Shown here in pieces: positions 40,098 through 48,629 of a stretch of 64,000 bases of DNA. The translations under genes and the position numbers were made by a program. The stretch's first letter is position 1; each line of letters begins with the position of its first letter. The notes under the pieces are model-generated. The model searched no databases. It was given only the letters and a program-made list of their open reading frames with translations, and was not told the DNA's origin. Source of the stretch: Candidatus Magasanikiibacteriota bacterium (GTDB taxonomy: Bacteria; Patescibacteriota; Patescibacteriia; Magasanikbacterales; 2-02-FULL-50-9b); contig CAITMK010000011.1 in the NCBI GenBank assembly GCA_903893485.1, forward strand, positions 6,636 to 70,635, read 5' to 3'.

Positions 40098-41153
40098 TTA
40101 CTGTAGCTCAACACTCGTGCCATCCCAGTCACTCCAACGACCTGTTGCGACTGTTCTGATGCCGTTGCTTATGTTGACCTGAACACTCGAATTTGGATAA
40201 TTTTGCTTCAGTGATTTCACGAGGCTGGTTACAAAATCTTTTTTAGTCGTATCGGTCGCATATGCCCATGAAATATTAGTTACGTCTGCAGCCAAGGTTG
40301 CTGCGGTAACTTTCCCTCGATAGTCACTTTCATCGCCACCTGCAGCGTAGTCTTTCTCAGCATCATCTGGTGCTTGAAGATTAACAGCACCATCGAAACC
40401 GACTGATTTATAAAGTGTAATGAAGGTTGTCGCGGTTTGTGCGGCCATGGAGTTGTTACCAAGGTTCGTATCAAATTTCTGACGCTGCGAAATCGTCGCC
40501 TGAAGCGCTTGTGGTGAGATAATGAATGCGCCGGTAAATTTACTCGCATCGTTAATTTCTGGAACGAATTTGACGCGGTAGTCAGCACCAGCGATGTTGA
40601 AATTGCCCGCAATACCTAGAACACTTTTATCTGCTACAGCGTCAGTTGATGTTATAAAGAAGTTTTTTACTGCTAGTGTTTTATAGTCGTACGTGACGTC
40701 AAGCGATATATCACCATTCTGATACGTTTCGTCCCATTCGTAATTGGCTGCTTGCAGTTCTGATTTACTTGGTGTTGCAGCATCTTTTGGTTTACCGCCA
40801 AGTGCAGCGCGAATTTGTGTGATGTTTTTTCCAAATAACGATGGAATATCAAATGATGGTTTTGGCTGCGGTGGCACTTCTGCAACAGCCTGCTGTACAT
40901 CTGGCTTATTTTCTGGCGCAGCGGCTGGTATGGAAGTTGTCAGCTGATTTTGATTTGTAGCTGCAACGGTCGCCGGTTTTGGAGGCGCTGGAGGTGCAGT
41001 GGCAGCAACACCAAAAAAGCCAACGATAAATGTAATACCGCAGACCATAAGAACACGTTTGCGGGATGGAAGTTTAATCCGTGCCGGATTGATTAAGCCT
41101 ACGATGCCTACAACAATAGAGCCGAGTAAAATGATGACAAAAATGCCTGACAT
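40098..41153 (-). CDS. Membrane-anchored surface protein
   Basis: Two N-terminal TMs, Pro/Ala linker, globular extracellular part. Confidence 0.7.
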   Translation of the reverse strand: MSGIFVIILLGSIVVGIVGLINPARIKLPSRKRVLMVCGITFIVGFFGVAATAPPAPPKPATVAATNQNQLTTSIPAAAPENKPDVQQAVAEVPPQPKPSFDIPSLFGKNITQIRAALGGKPKDAATPSKSELQAANYEWDETYQNGDISLDVTYDYKTLAVKNFFITSTDAVADKSVLGIAGNFNIAGADYRVKFVPEINDASKFTGAFIISPQALQATISQRQKFDTNLGNNSMAAQTATTFITLYKSVGFDGAVNLQAPDDAEKDYAAGGDESDYRGKVTAATLAADVTNISWAYATDTTKKDFVTSLVKSLKQNYPNSSVQVNISNGIRTVATGRWSDWDGTSVELQ

Positions 41154-41236
41154 ATTTTTATACAACTGGGTATTTTGCAATATGCCACGATGGATTTTGC
41201 ATTATACAATTTGAATAAAACCGGATTGTCTTAAAT

Positions 41237-41368
41237 AAAAAAAGCGACACCCGGGGTGTCGAAGCCCAACTTAAGCACAGGTCGTGCTGAGGTTGTTTTA
41301 CCGGGCGCCGCTTTCATCGCGCGACCTGGAAAAATAGCCAAATGGCCTACTTAAGTTGAACTTCGACC
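41237..41368 (-). ncRNA. Putative structured small RNA divergent from the recombinase
   Basis: TTTACT-17-TATATT promoter (41402-41374); 18-bp closing stem with G-U pairs; inner stem; terminator with U7. Confidence 0.6.
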
Positions 41369-41458
41369 AAAACAATATAGCTTAAAATTTTGACTAAGTA
41401 AAGCCGTAGTAACTTTTGCGGCAATGAGGTAAAATTAATGATACATAATGCATAAAAT

Positions 41459-43147
41459 ATGGCAGAAGATGACAAAAGCGTTTCAAACCTAGTTGCTCGT
41501 CTCAAGAACACAATTGGTGTTGAAAAACAGGCCGAACAAGACCTTGAAAACATGCGTTATGTTGCTTATGTTCGTAAAAGCACTGACGATGGCGTCCACC
41601 AGCTTCGTTCAATTGGCGACCAAATCAAAGAATGCAGAGATTTGGCGATAAGAATAGGTGTCGGAAGAGTACCTATTGTACCCGAAGAACAATCGGCTAA
41701 AATTTCCGATAAACGTCCTAAATTTCGGCAAATGCTGAACGATATCGTCGATGGTAAATATGATGGGATTATTGCTTGGGCTCCTGACCGTCTAGCGCGC
41801 AATATGAAAGAAGGTGGTGAAATCATCGACCTGCTTGACCGTGGCGTAATCAAAGACATTAAGTTCGCTAACAATTATATGTTTAGCAACGACCCATCAG
41901 GTAAAATGTTGCTCGGCATTGCGTTTGTAATGGCAAAACAGTATTCAGACCAACATGGGCAAAATGTGAAACGTGGCTTTGACCACCTAACAGAAGACGG
42001 AAAGTGTGGTGGTGCAGCAAAGCATGGATACTACAAAGACCAGCATAAGTTTTTACAACCAGATGGTGAGAATTGGACGCTTATTAAGCGGGCGTTTGAA
42101 ATGCGTTTAGATAAAAAAAGCCTTAAAGAAATTTCAGAGTTTTTAGAGGAGGCTGGATACCCGCTGCAAACGAAACACAGTAAACGTACCTCAATAAATG
42201 TAAATGTAAAATTTGTATCCGACATGTTTCGTGACCCATTTTATGCTGGTGCAATGGTTCGAGGCGACAAAATTATTGAATTGTCAAAAAAATATAAATT
42301 CACGCCAATTATTACATCAGAACAGTTTGATGAGATGACAACCTTAGATAAGATTAGTAAAACATTTCGCCTGACTGAGGCAATCAAAGAGAGAGGGTCA
42401 GTAAGGGCAGATTTGATGCGTAAGATGATTATTTGCGCACACTGCAAGCGCTTCATGTCGGCGAGTATAAATGAAAAGCACACAACACTTAAAAGTGGTG
42501 AACGGCGCGAGATAAACTATCTTAGATATAGGTGCGATACCGGAGGTTGTAAAAGAAAAGGGAAAACGGTTAGAGCAAAGATTATCTGTGACGCGGCGTT
42601 TGAATTTCTTAAAACGCACCCAATGAACATAAATGAGGGTTATGAAGCCTATGCGCGTGAAATGGAACGACAAGCGGTACTTCAAGGCACGGACGTCGCA
42701 ACGCGACTGCAATCACTTAAGCAGCGCCGCGTGGTTATCATCAATCGTAAGAGCATTGCAAGGCAGGATATGGAGGAATATGCGCCTGACCCTCTGATGC
42801 GCAAAGAGTTTGCAAGTGAATTTCGAAATCAGACACAACTGCTAAAAGACATTGATAAACTCATTGATGAGACTGAGCAAGAAAAAGAGGGTAAAAAATC
42901 AGCAAATAAGAGCCTCATGGAATTCATCGAACTATTCAATAATTTGACTAAGGTTATACAAAATTATAAGCACATGGAGGACTTGGATTATGTGATGAAA
43001 AAAGTGTTCTCGAACTTTGAAACTGATGGTAAAAAAGTGACTAAGATAACACAAAACTCCCCTTTCAGGGAGCTGTGTGAGCCAGTTAAGGCTGTAAATT
43101 GTACTAATATAGTGCTAACGGGAATCGAACCCGTCTTCTTAGATTGA
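41459..43147 (+). CDS. Large serine recombinase
   Basis: YVRKSTD and DRLAR motifs, recombinase domain, CAHC..YRC..C zinc ribbon, coiled coil. Confidence 0.93.
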   Translation: MAEDDKSVSNLVARLKNTIGVEKQAEQDLENMRYVAYVRKSTDDGVHQLRSIGDQIKECRDLAIRIGVGRVPIVPEEQSAKISDKRPKFRQMLNDIVDGKYDGIIAWAPDRLARNMKEGGEIIDLLDRGVIKDIKFANNYMFSNDPSGKMLLGIAFVMAKQYSDQHGQNVKRGFDHLTEDGKCGGAAKHGYYKDQHKFLQPDGENWTLIKRAFEMRLDKKSLKEISEFLEEAGYPLQTKHSKRTSINVNVKFVSDMFRDPFYAGAMVRGDKIIELSKKYKFTPIITSEQFDEMTTLDKISKTFRLTEAIKERGSVRADLMRKMIICAHCKRFMSASINEKHTTLKSGERREINYLRYRCDTGGCKRKGKTVRAKIICDAAFEFLKTHPMNINEGYEAYAREMERQAVLQGTDVATRLQSLKQRRVVIINRKSIARQDMEEYAPDPLMRKEFASEFRNQTQLLKDIDKLIDETEQEKEGKKSANKSLMEFIELFNNLTKVIQNYKHMEDLDYVMKKVFSNFETDGKKVTKITQNSPFRELCEPVKAVNCTNIVLTGIEPVFLD

Positions 43148-43181
43148 GAATCTAATGTCCTAACCGATAGACGATAGCACC
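43110..43181 (-). tRNA. tRNA-Glu(CTC)
   Basis: GGTGCTA..TAGCACT-A; anticodon loop TTCTCAA; GGTTCGATTCCC. Confidence 0.94.
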
Positions 43182-43362
43182 AAGTGAGGAGCAACGTCCA
43201 CGCTTGCGTGGACGGTTGTTCCGAACGCCGGTGCGCGCTTTCGCAAAGCGAAAGCCTAGCAGCCAGCCGAATATCGCTGGCATCATTCTATCAATTCCCA
43301 CCAAAAATTTCAAGATGTACCAAAAAAGCATTATGTCCGTATTGCTTATGTAATTTTTATTT

Positions 43363-43839
43363 ATGAAAAAATCATCATCAGTTTTTCTTGCACTTAGTGC
43401 AGCATTGTTAGTCATGGGAGGTGCGGGTTGTGCATCTGCTACCGACGATCAGCCAGCGGTTGCGCCGGCTCCACAACAAATCGAAAAGCAAGCTCCAGCG
43501 CCAGCAGCTGTGGCACCAGTTGCAACATCCACTGAGGCAGTTCCTGCGGCTGCAGTTGATAAAACAGTAAAGGAATTTTCAATCACCGGTAAAAATTGGG
43601 AATGGGATCCAAATACGATTACCGTGAAAAAAGGTGACAAAGTTCATCTCAAACTTACTGGCATGGATGAAACACATGGGTTTGCAATTCGCGAATATGG
43701 AATTAATGTAAATATGCCAGAAGGCACCACACAGACCGTTGATTTTGTGGCAGACAAAGCGGGTACATTTGAATTCCGTTGTTCAGTGCCATGCGGCTCT
43801 GGTCATCGTGAAATGGTTGGTAAACTTATTGTTCAGTAA
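43363..43839 (+). CDS. CuA-type cupredoxin lipoprotein
   Basis: Lipobox GAGC; HGF..FRCSVPCGSGHREM. Confidence 0.87.
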   Translation: MKKSSSVFLALSAALLVMGGAGCASATDDQPAVAPAPQQIEKQAPAPAAVAPVATSTEAVPAAAVDKTVKEFSITGKNWEWDPNTITVKKGDKVHLKLTGMDETHGFAIREYGINVNMPEGTTQTVDFVADKAGTFEFRCSVPCGSGHREMVGKLIVQ

Positions 43840-43847
43840 ATAGCAAC

Positions 43848-43881
43848 ATAAAACCGTCGGGCTTAGGTTCGACGGTTTTAT
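43848..43881 (+). terminator. Terminator after the cupredoxin gene
   Basis: ataaaaccgtcg..cgacggttttat. Confidence 0.8.
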
Positions 43882-43929
43882 AATTGACAAAAACCAAAAA
43901 ATGCGCTACTGTTTTTGTGGAGGTGAATC

Positions 43930-44742
43930 ATGAATTTTGAACCAAAGCGCAATGAACCGCAATTTAATTTGGGGCGCGTCGACGAAATCTTGCTGTCTGA
44001 TGGTGCGCAATTTGAGACAATGGGGTTTGATGCCCAAGCGCCAGTACTGGGTCTGCTGTCCAGACGCGAGCAGCGTAATACGCAGGCACTCATCAGCCGG
44101 CTGGAAGGAAATCCGCATTTCCAAGCGCCACGTGAGGATGACTTGGCCGCGCCGTACGGTAGTTACCTGGGCCGTCACGTGATCGGCTTTGGTACGCGGA
44201 TCCAAGGTGGTGTGTACATGGGGCGCAAGCCGCGCGAAGCGATTGTCGTGGATGCGACGTCAAAGGTGGTTCGTCGCCTACATTACAAGCTGCGCTTGCA
44301 ACTGCTCATCTTCACGGCGCAGCATCTCTGGACGCGTCGAGGGAGTATTGATCGGGGGCAGATTCAGCGCGAGCAACTCAAGTTCATCATGCGTTTTGTG
44401 CAACGGACGCTCGTGTTCGATAACCACGCAGTGACCGCGCTCATTGAATTTTACGGCGCAAAGCACGACGTAAAATTGTCCCTGAACGCCTTCATTGAAG
44501 CGCGCGTTGGGGTGTGCCGCCACCAAGTGTGCTTGTATGGTGTGCTGGTTGAGTTGTTGCAGGAAGACGGTTTGCTTGGCGGCAAAGTGTCGGTGCAGCG
44601 GGCTCGATTCGCACGGTTCAGCCACGCGTGGGTCCGGTTCACGAGCCAATGGGGGCAAGTGTACATCATCGATCCGGCGCAAGACCGTTTTGCCAACCTC
44701 AGTGAAATGGGGGAAATGGAGCGAGAATTTTACAGTATTTAG
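43930..44742 (+). CDS. Transglutaminase/EDR1-like Cys-His-Asp protein (GC-rich cassette 3)
   Basis: GVCRHQ..HAWV..IIDP; TTGACA-17-TACTGT promoter; GGAGGTG SD. Confidence 0.7.
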   Translation: MNFEPKRNEPQFNLGRVDEILLSDGAQFETMGFDAQAPVLGLLSRREQRNTQALISRLEGNPHFQAPREDDLAAPYGSYLGRHVIGFGTRIQGGVYMGRKPREAIVVDATSKVVRRLHYKLRLQLLIFTAQHLWTRRGSIDRGQIQREQLKFIMRFVQRTLVFDNHAVTALIEFYGAKHDVKLSLNAFIEARVGVCRHQVCLYGVLVELLQEDGLLGGKVSVQRARFARFSHAWVRFTSQWGQVYIIDPAQDRFANLSEMGEMEREFYSI

Positions 44743-44889
44743 GCCAGGAAAAGCGGCAAACAGCGCGGAATTCTCCAGGAGGGGAGGTTCCGCGCTCATT
44801 TTTTATTTAGCCTCAGCCTTAAAACTTGATTTAATTCGGCTTCTGTGATACACTTTTGCAATCTGAAAAACCGCTAAACGCCTCAAAAT

Positions 44890-46692
44890 ATGGATATTCG
44901 AAACATCGCGATCATCGCGCACGTTGACCACGGCAAAACCACGCTCGTGGATGCTTTGCTAAAACTTACTCATACCAAAATTGGTAACGAACGTCCAATG
45001 GAACGCGTGATGGACAACAACGATTTGGAACGTGAACGCGGTATTACTATTTTCTCTAAAAATGCATCCATTCATTACGGAGACACCAAAATTAATATTA
45101 TCGACACCCCAGGCCACGCTGACTTTGGTGGTGAAGTTGAACGTGTTTTGAAAATGGCTGATGGCGCACTTTTGCTCGTTGATGCAAAAGAAGGTCCAAT
45201 GCCACAGACTAAATTCGTTTTGAAAAAAGCAATTAACTTGGGGCTCCGCGTTATTGTGGTTATCAACAAAATCGATAAGAAAGATGCACGTTGCGAATAT
45301 GTGCTCAACACAACCTTTGATTTGTTTGGCGCACTTGGTGCAAGCGATCGCCAGCTCGACTTCCCAGTTATTTACGCTGCAGCAATTGCGGGCAAGGCTG
45401 GCTACGAAGACAACTTGGAAGCAATGACCGATATCACTCCAATTCTTGATACCGTAATTAAGGAAGTTCCACCACCAACCGGTGATGCAGAAGCGCCACT
45501 CCAAATGCTTGTGGTTTCACTTCGCATGGACAACTATAAGGGTAAGCTCGCGATTGGCCGTATCTTTAATGGCCGTGTGAAAAAAGGCGACACCATTATG
45601 CACATCAATCGCGATGGTAAAATGACCAAGCAAAAAGTTACCGCGCTCATGGCGTTCGAAGGTTTGGAAACAACTGAAATCGAGCACGCACAGGCTGGTG
45701 ACATTATTTTGCTCGCTGGTATCCCAGATGTTTCAATTGGTGACACCGTTGCAGATGCAACAAACCCAATTGCACTCGACATGCTCGACATCGAACAGCC
45801 AACCGTGAAAATGACATTCCGCGTGAATGACTCACCATTTAACGGCAAACAGGCTGGTACCAAAAATACTTCACGCCTTCTTCGTGAACGTTTGGACAAG
45901 GAACTTGAAACAGACGTTGCACTTCGCGTCGAGCAGGGCGACAGTGCTGACAACTTTATTGTGTCAGGCCGTGGTGAATTGCACCTTGCAATTTTGATCG
46001 AAAAAATGCGTCGTGAAGGTTTTGAATTGCAGGTTACCCGTCCACAGGTGGTTACGCACATGGAAAATGGTGTTGAAATGGAACCAGCTGAAGATGTATA
46101 CGTTGAAGTTCCAGAAACATATGCAGGTACCGTTATCGAAAAGCTTGGTAAACGCCGTGGTGAAATGAAAAACTACGCTGTGCAGGAAGGCCACGCGCAG
46201 GTGCATTTCCTTATCCCAACTCGTGGGCTTATTGGCTACCGTAATGAATTCATGACCGACACCAAGGGTACCGGTATCTTGAACTCACTTTTTAATGGAT
46301 TCATTCCATGGGTACAGAACTTGTCAACAAGCAATCACAGTTCACTTATTGCGTACGAATCTGGTGTTACCACCGGTTACGCGCTTGAATCAGCGGGTGA
46401 ACGCGGTCAATTGTTTGTGGGTCCAGCAACAGAAGTTTATGCTGGTCAAGTTGTTGGTCAGAATGCTAAAGACGAAGATCTTGAAGTTAATGTGTGTAAG
46501 GAAAAACGTTTGTCTAACATGCGTTCATCTGGCGCGGACATGGCAGTTAAATTGGAACCACATCGCACACTCACCCTTGAAGAAGCTATTGAATATATTA
46601 GCGACGATGAATGGGTAGAAATTGTTCCAAGCGAAATTCGTATTCGTAAGCAGTGGTTAAGTCCGAATGATCGTAAGAAAAACGGAAGATAA
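44890..46692 (+). CDS. typA: Translational GTPase TypA/BipA
   Basis: IAHVDHGKTTLVD, ERERGITI, GRGELHL and CKEKRLSNMRSSG motifs. Confidence 0.97.
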   Translation: MDIRNIAIIAHVDHGKTTLVDALLKLTHTKIGNERPMERVMDNNDLERERGITIFSKNASIHYGDTKINIIDTPGHADFGGEVERVLKMADGALLLVDAKEGPMPQTKFVLKKAINLGLRVIVVINKIDKKDARCEYVLNTTFDLFGALGASDRQLDFPVIYAAAIAGKAGYEDNLEAMTDITPILDTVIKEVPPPTGDAEAPLQMLVVSLRMDNYKGKLAIGRIFNGRVKKGDTIMHINRDGKMTKQKVTALMAFEGLETTEIEHAQAGDIILLAGIPDVSIGDTVADATNPIALDMLDIEQPTVKMTFRVNDSPFNGKQAGTKNTSRLLRERLDKELETDVALRVEQGDSADNFIVSGRGELHLAILIEKMRREGFELQVTRPQVVTHMENGVEMEPAEDVYVEVPETYAGTVIEKLGKRRGEMKNYAVQEGHAQVHFLIPTRGLIGYRNEFMTDTKGTGILNSLFNGFIPWVQNLSTSNHSSLIAYESGVTTGYALESAGERGQLFVGPATEVYAGQVVGQNAKDEDLEVNVCKEKRLSNMRSSGADMAVKLEPHRTLTLEEAIEYISDDEWVEIVPSEIRIRKQWLSPNDRKKNGR

Positions 46693-46834
46693 TTTCTTGT
46701 TTTCTTTCTTAAGAGTTTGCTCACAACTCCCGCCTTTGGCGGGAGTTCGCTTTTATTGGTTTAGATCTCTTAAGAAAGAAAACAAGAAATTATTTCGTAT
46801 TTACGACATTCTTATTGACCTGACTGACCTTACG
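46645..46834. repeat. Fold-back inverted duplication of the typA 3' end around its terminator
   Basis: 27/27 IR (46689-46715 vs 46767-46793) with degenerate extension. Confidence 0.85.
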
Positions 46835-46876
46835 TGGTAACCTTGGCACGGATTTACGATTGCCTCAGGAGGGCAA

Positions 46877-47392
46877 ATGAGCACACTTGAAAGCGTCATG
46901 GAATTGCTGAGCAGGCATACCTTCAGTGTTGAGCACAACCCGAATTGTCCATCACCATACCTCGTTCGTCTGGTGGGCTTTCAGCGGGGTGGGCTGGACA
47001 AATTTGAGCCCAACGCAACTAATGACTACATGGGCTACGGCAAGACTCTCGTCGAGGCGGCGGATGCAGCATTTAGCGCAAAGACGGCATTCGATACATT
47101 CGTCGCAAATTCACGCTGCCCGGTTTGTACGGAAAAGCCAAAGCGACTTTGGTTTGAGGGTCGGGTGCGCAAGGTCTGCAAAAAATGTCAGGCCGCACAG
47201 CCTGACCTCACGGTCGCGCATCACAATTTCTCGTGCAAGAGCTGCGGTAACTGGTACTTGTATCACGATAGCACGCTGTATTGGTACGGGTTATATCACG
47301 ATGGCGTGGTGTCCAAGGGCGCTGATCGGCGTCCGCCAGGCATGAAATCAGTTGCCGAACTGACCTCGCCGCTGAGGCATTTTCTTCCATGA
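46877..47392 (+). CDS. Hypothetical Zn-ribbon protein (GC-rich cassette 4)
   Basis: Three CxxC pairs; TTGACC-17-TAACCT promoter; AGGAGG SD. Confidence 0.7.
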   Translation: MSTLESVMELLSRHTFSVEHNPNCPSPYLVRLVGFQRGGLDKFEPNATNDYMGYGKTLVEAADAAFSAKTAFDTFVANSRCPVCTEKPKRLWFEGRVRKVCKKCQAAQPDLTVAHHNFSCKSCGNWYLYHDSTLYWYGLYHDGVVSKGADRRPPGMKSVAELTSPLRHFLP

Positions 47393-47527
47393 GCGCAACA
47401 CACCCAATTCTTTATCGCACAACAAGCGATCAGAAGCGGGTGTTTTTTTAAATAAAAAAATCCACCAGGAATCGCTTGGCACTGGAAAGTGCGTCGCGAT
47501 TCAAGGTGGGGAAAACAGGCAATCGAG

Positions 47528-47911
47528 TTACGCGGGCTGTTGCGTGCCGCGGCGGCGTTTGAGCTCTTCGTTGGCCGTGTGGAAATCCGCGCGTACATAC
47601 TCCATGTACGTGTGCGCTGGCGCTCCCGTAACGGTCGGGGTGAAGTCTTGACCCGTAATGAGACGCAGCATGTGGACCGTTGCAAAAAACGCACCGCCCT
47701 CTTCATCGGCCGGGCAGTAGAAGCCCAAATGATGAGTGCTATTGCGGCTAAAGTCCACAACAGTCTCGTTGAAGCTAAGGCCATCGGGTGCGAGCTCGAA
47801 GATGTGCAGTCCGATCATCGTGCCGGACATGAGACCGACGGCGTTGACACGCGCCAGCGATTCCAGCGTTGCGGGGATGATCTTTTTCTTTTCTGGGGTG
47901 TGAATGGTCAC
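47528..47911 (-). CDS. Hypothetical protein (GC-rich cassette 5)
   Basis: GAGG SD plus GTG at 47911; TTGACT-17-TAGTTT promoter. Confidence 0.6.
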   Translation of the reverse strand: MTIHTPEKKKIIPATLESLARVNAVGLMSGTMIGLHIFELAPDGLSFNETVVDFSRNSTHHLGFYCPADEEGGAFFATVHMLRLITGQDFTPTVTGAPAHTYMEYVRADFHTANEELKRRRGTQQPA

Positions 47912-48003
47912 GGGGAGCCTCTTTTGGTAGCGGTTTTTTGCTACATATGAGCAAACTATCACGAACTGCGTAAAAAGTCAAGATTGTAAAGCAAATTCAA
48001 ACT

Positions 48004-48201
48004 GATATTTTTTTGTGATTTGAGAAACAAAAAAAGTTTGCAGACTCATTGGTTTTTTCTTCCTGAGAGACTGAACCCGCTGACAGCGAACGCGCGCCAA
48101 GAGCGCGCATCGTGAGCCTGTCTCTCGGGGAGGAAAAACTAATGAGTCACTTCGACAAATCTTTTTTCATTTTCTTCTCCAAATCGCAAAAACAAAATAT
48201 C
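48004..48201. repeat. Fold-back inverted duplication of the tsaE 3' end
   Basis: 25/29 IR (48043-48071 vs 48120-48148), degenerate extension, GC hairpins inside. Confidence 0.82.
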
Positions 48202-48573
48202 TTTTCCTTCCAAAATTTCCGCAACATTTTCTGGCCACTCAAGCAGCGTTACCGCAGCTGGATCATCTAAAAAATCTTCCGCGCCAGCAGCGCGAAGTTC
48301 TGCGGCGTTATCGACTCGATATGCATCGATGTGGACAAGTCGGTGAACGCCATTTATTACGGCAGGGAGTTCATATACAGCCATCACGGTAAAAGTAGGC
48401 GATGTCATTTCGCCCACAACACCCAAAGCCGCGCCAAAAAATTTTGAAAACGTTGTTTTGCCCGCGCCAACAGGGCCGGACAGGGCAATCAGCAGGCCGC
48501 CGGTAACCCCCGTTGCCAATTTTTTTGCAAGCGCTTCGGTATCTTGTAAATTGTGTAATTCAATTCGTTCCAT
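48139..48573 (-). CDS. tsaE: t6A biosynthesis ATPase TsaE
   Basis: LSGPVGAGKTTF, TSPTF, HIDAYR and EW motifs. Confidence 0.94.
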   Translation of the reverse strand: MERIELHNLQDTEALAKKLATGVTGGLLIALSGPVGAGKTTFSKFFGAALGVVGEMTSPTFTVMAVYELPAVINGVHRLVHIDAYRVDNAAELRAAGAEDFLDDPAAVTLLEWPENVAEILEGKDILFLRFGEENEKRFVEVTH

Positions 48574-48629
48574 AGCTGTGCACATTCTACCAGAGAGCGC
48601 GCCATTTGTGCTATACTACCAATGCTTGT

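Larger units (their letters stand above)
35799..43112. mobile_element. Serine-recombinase genomic island at the tRNA-Glu 3' end
   Basis: Recombinase at the right end; ATAG core at 35799-35802 and 43109-43112; excision rejoins tRNA and terminator; AT-richer cargo. Confidence 0.85.

Noticed and set aside
41237-41368. Assignment as 6S RNA, SRP RNA or a known riboswitch
   Set aside because: No symmetric central bubble, no SRP domain-IV motif and no aptamer consensus that I recognise
12776-47512. Cassette-ending hairpins as integron attC sites
   Set aside because: No RYYYAAC/GTTRRRY ends, no array and no integron integrase; the U-tracts fit terminators
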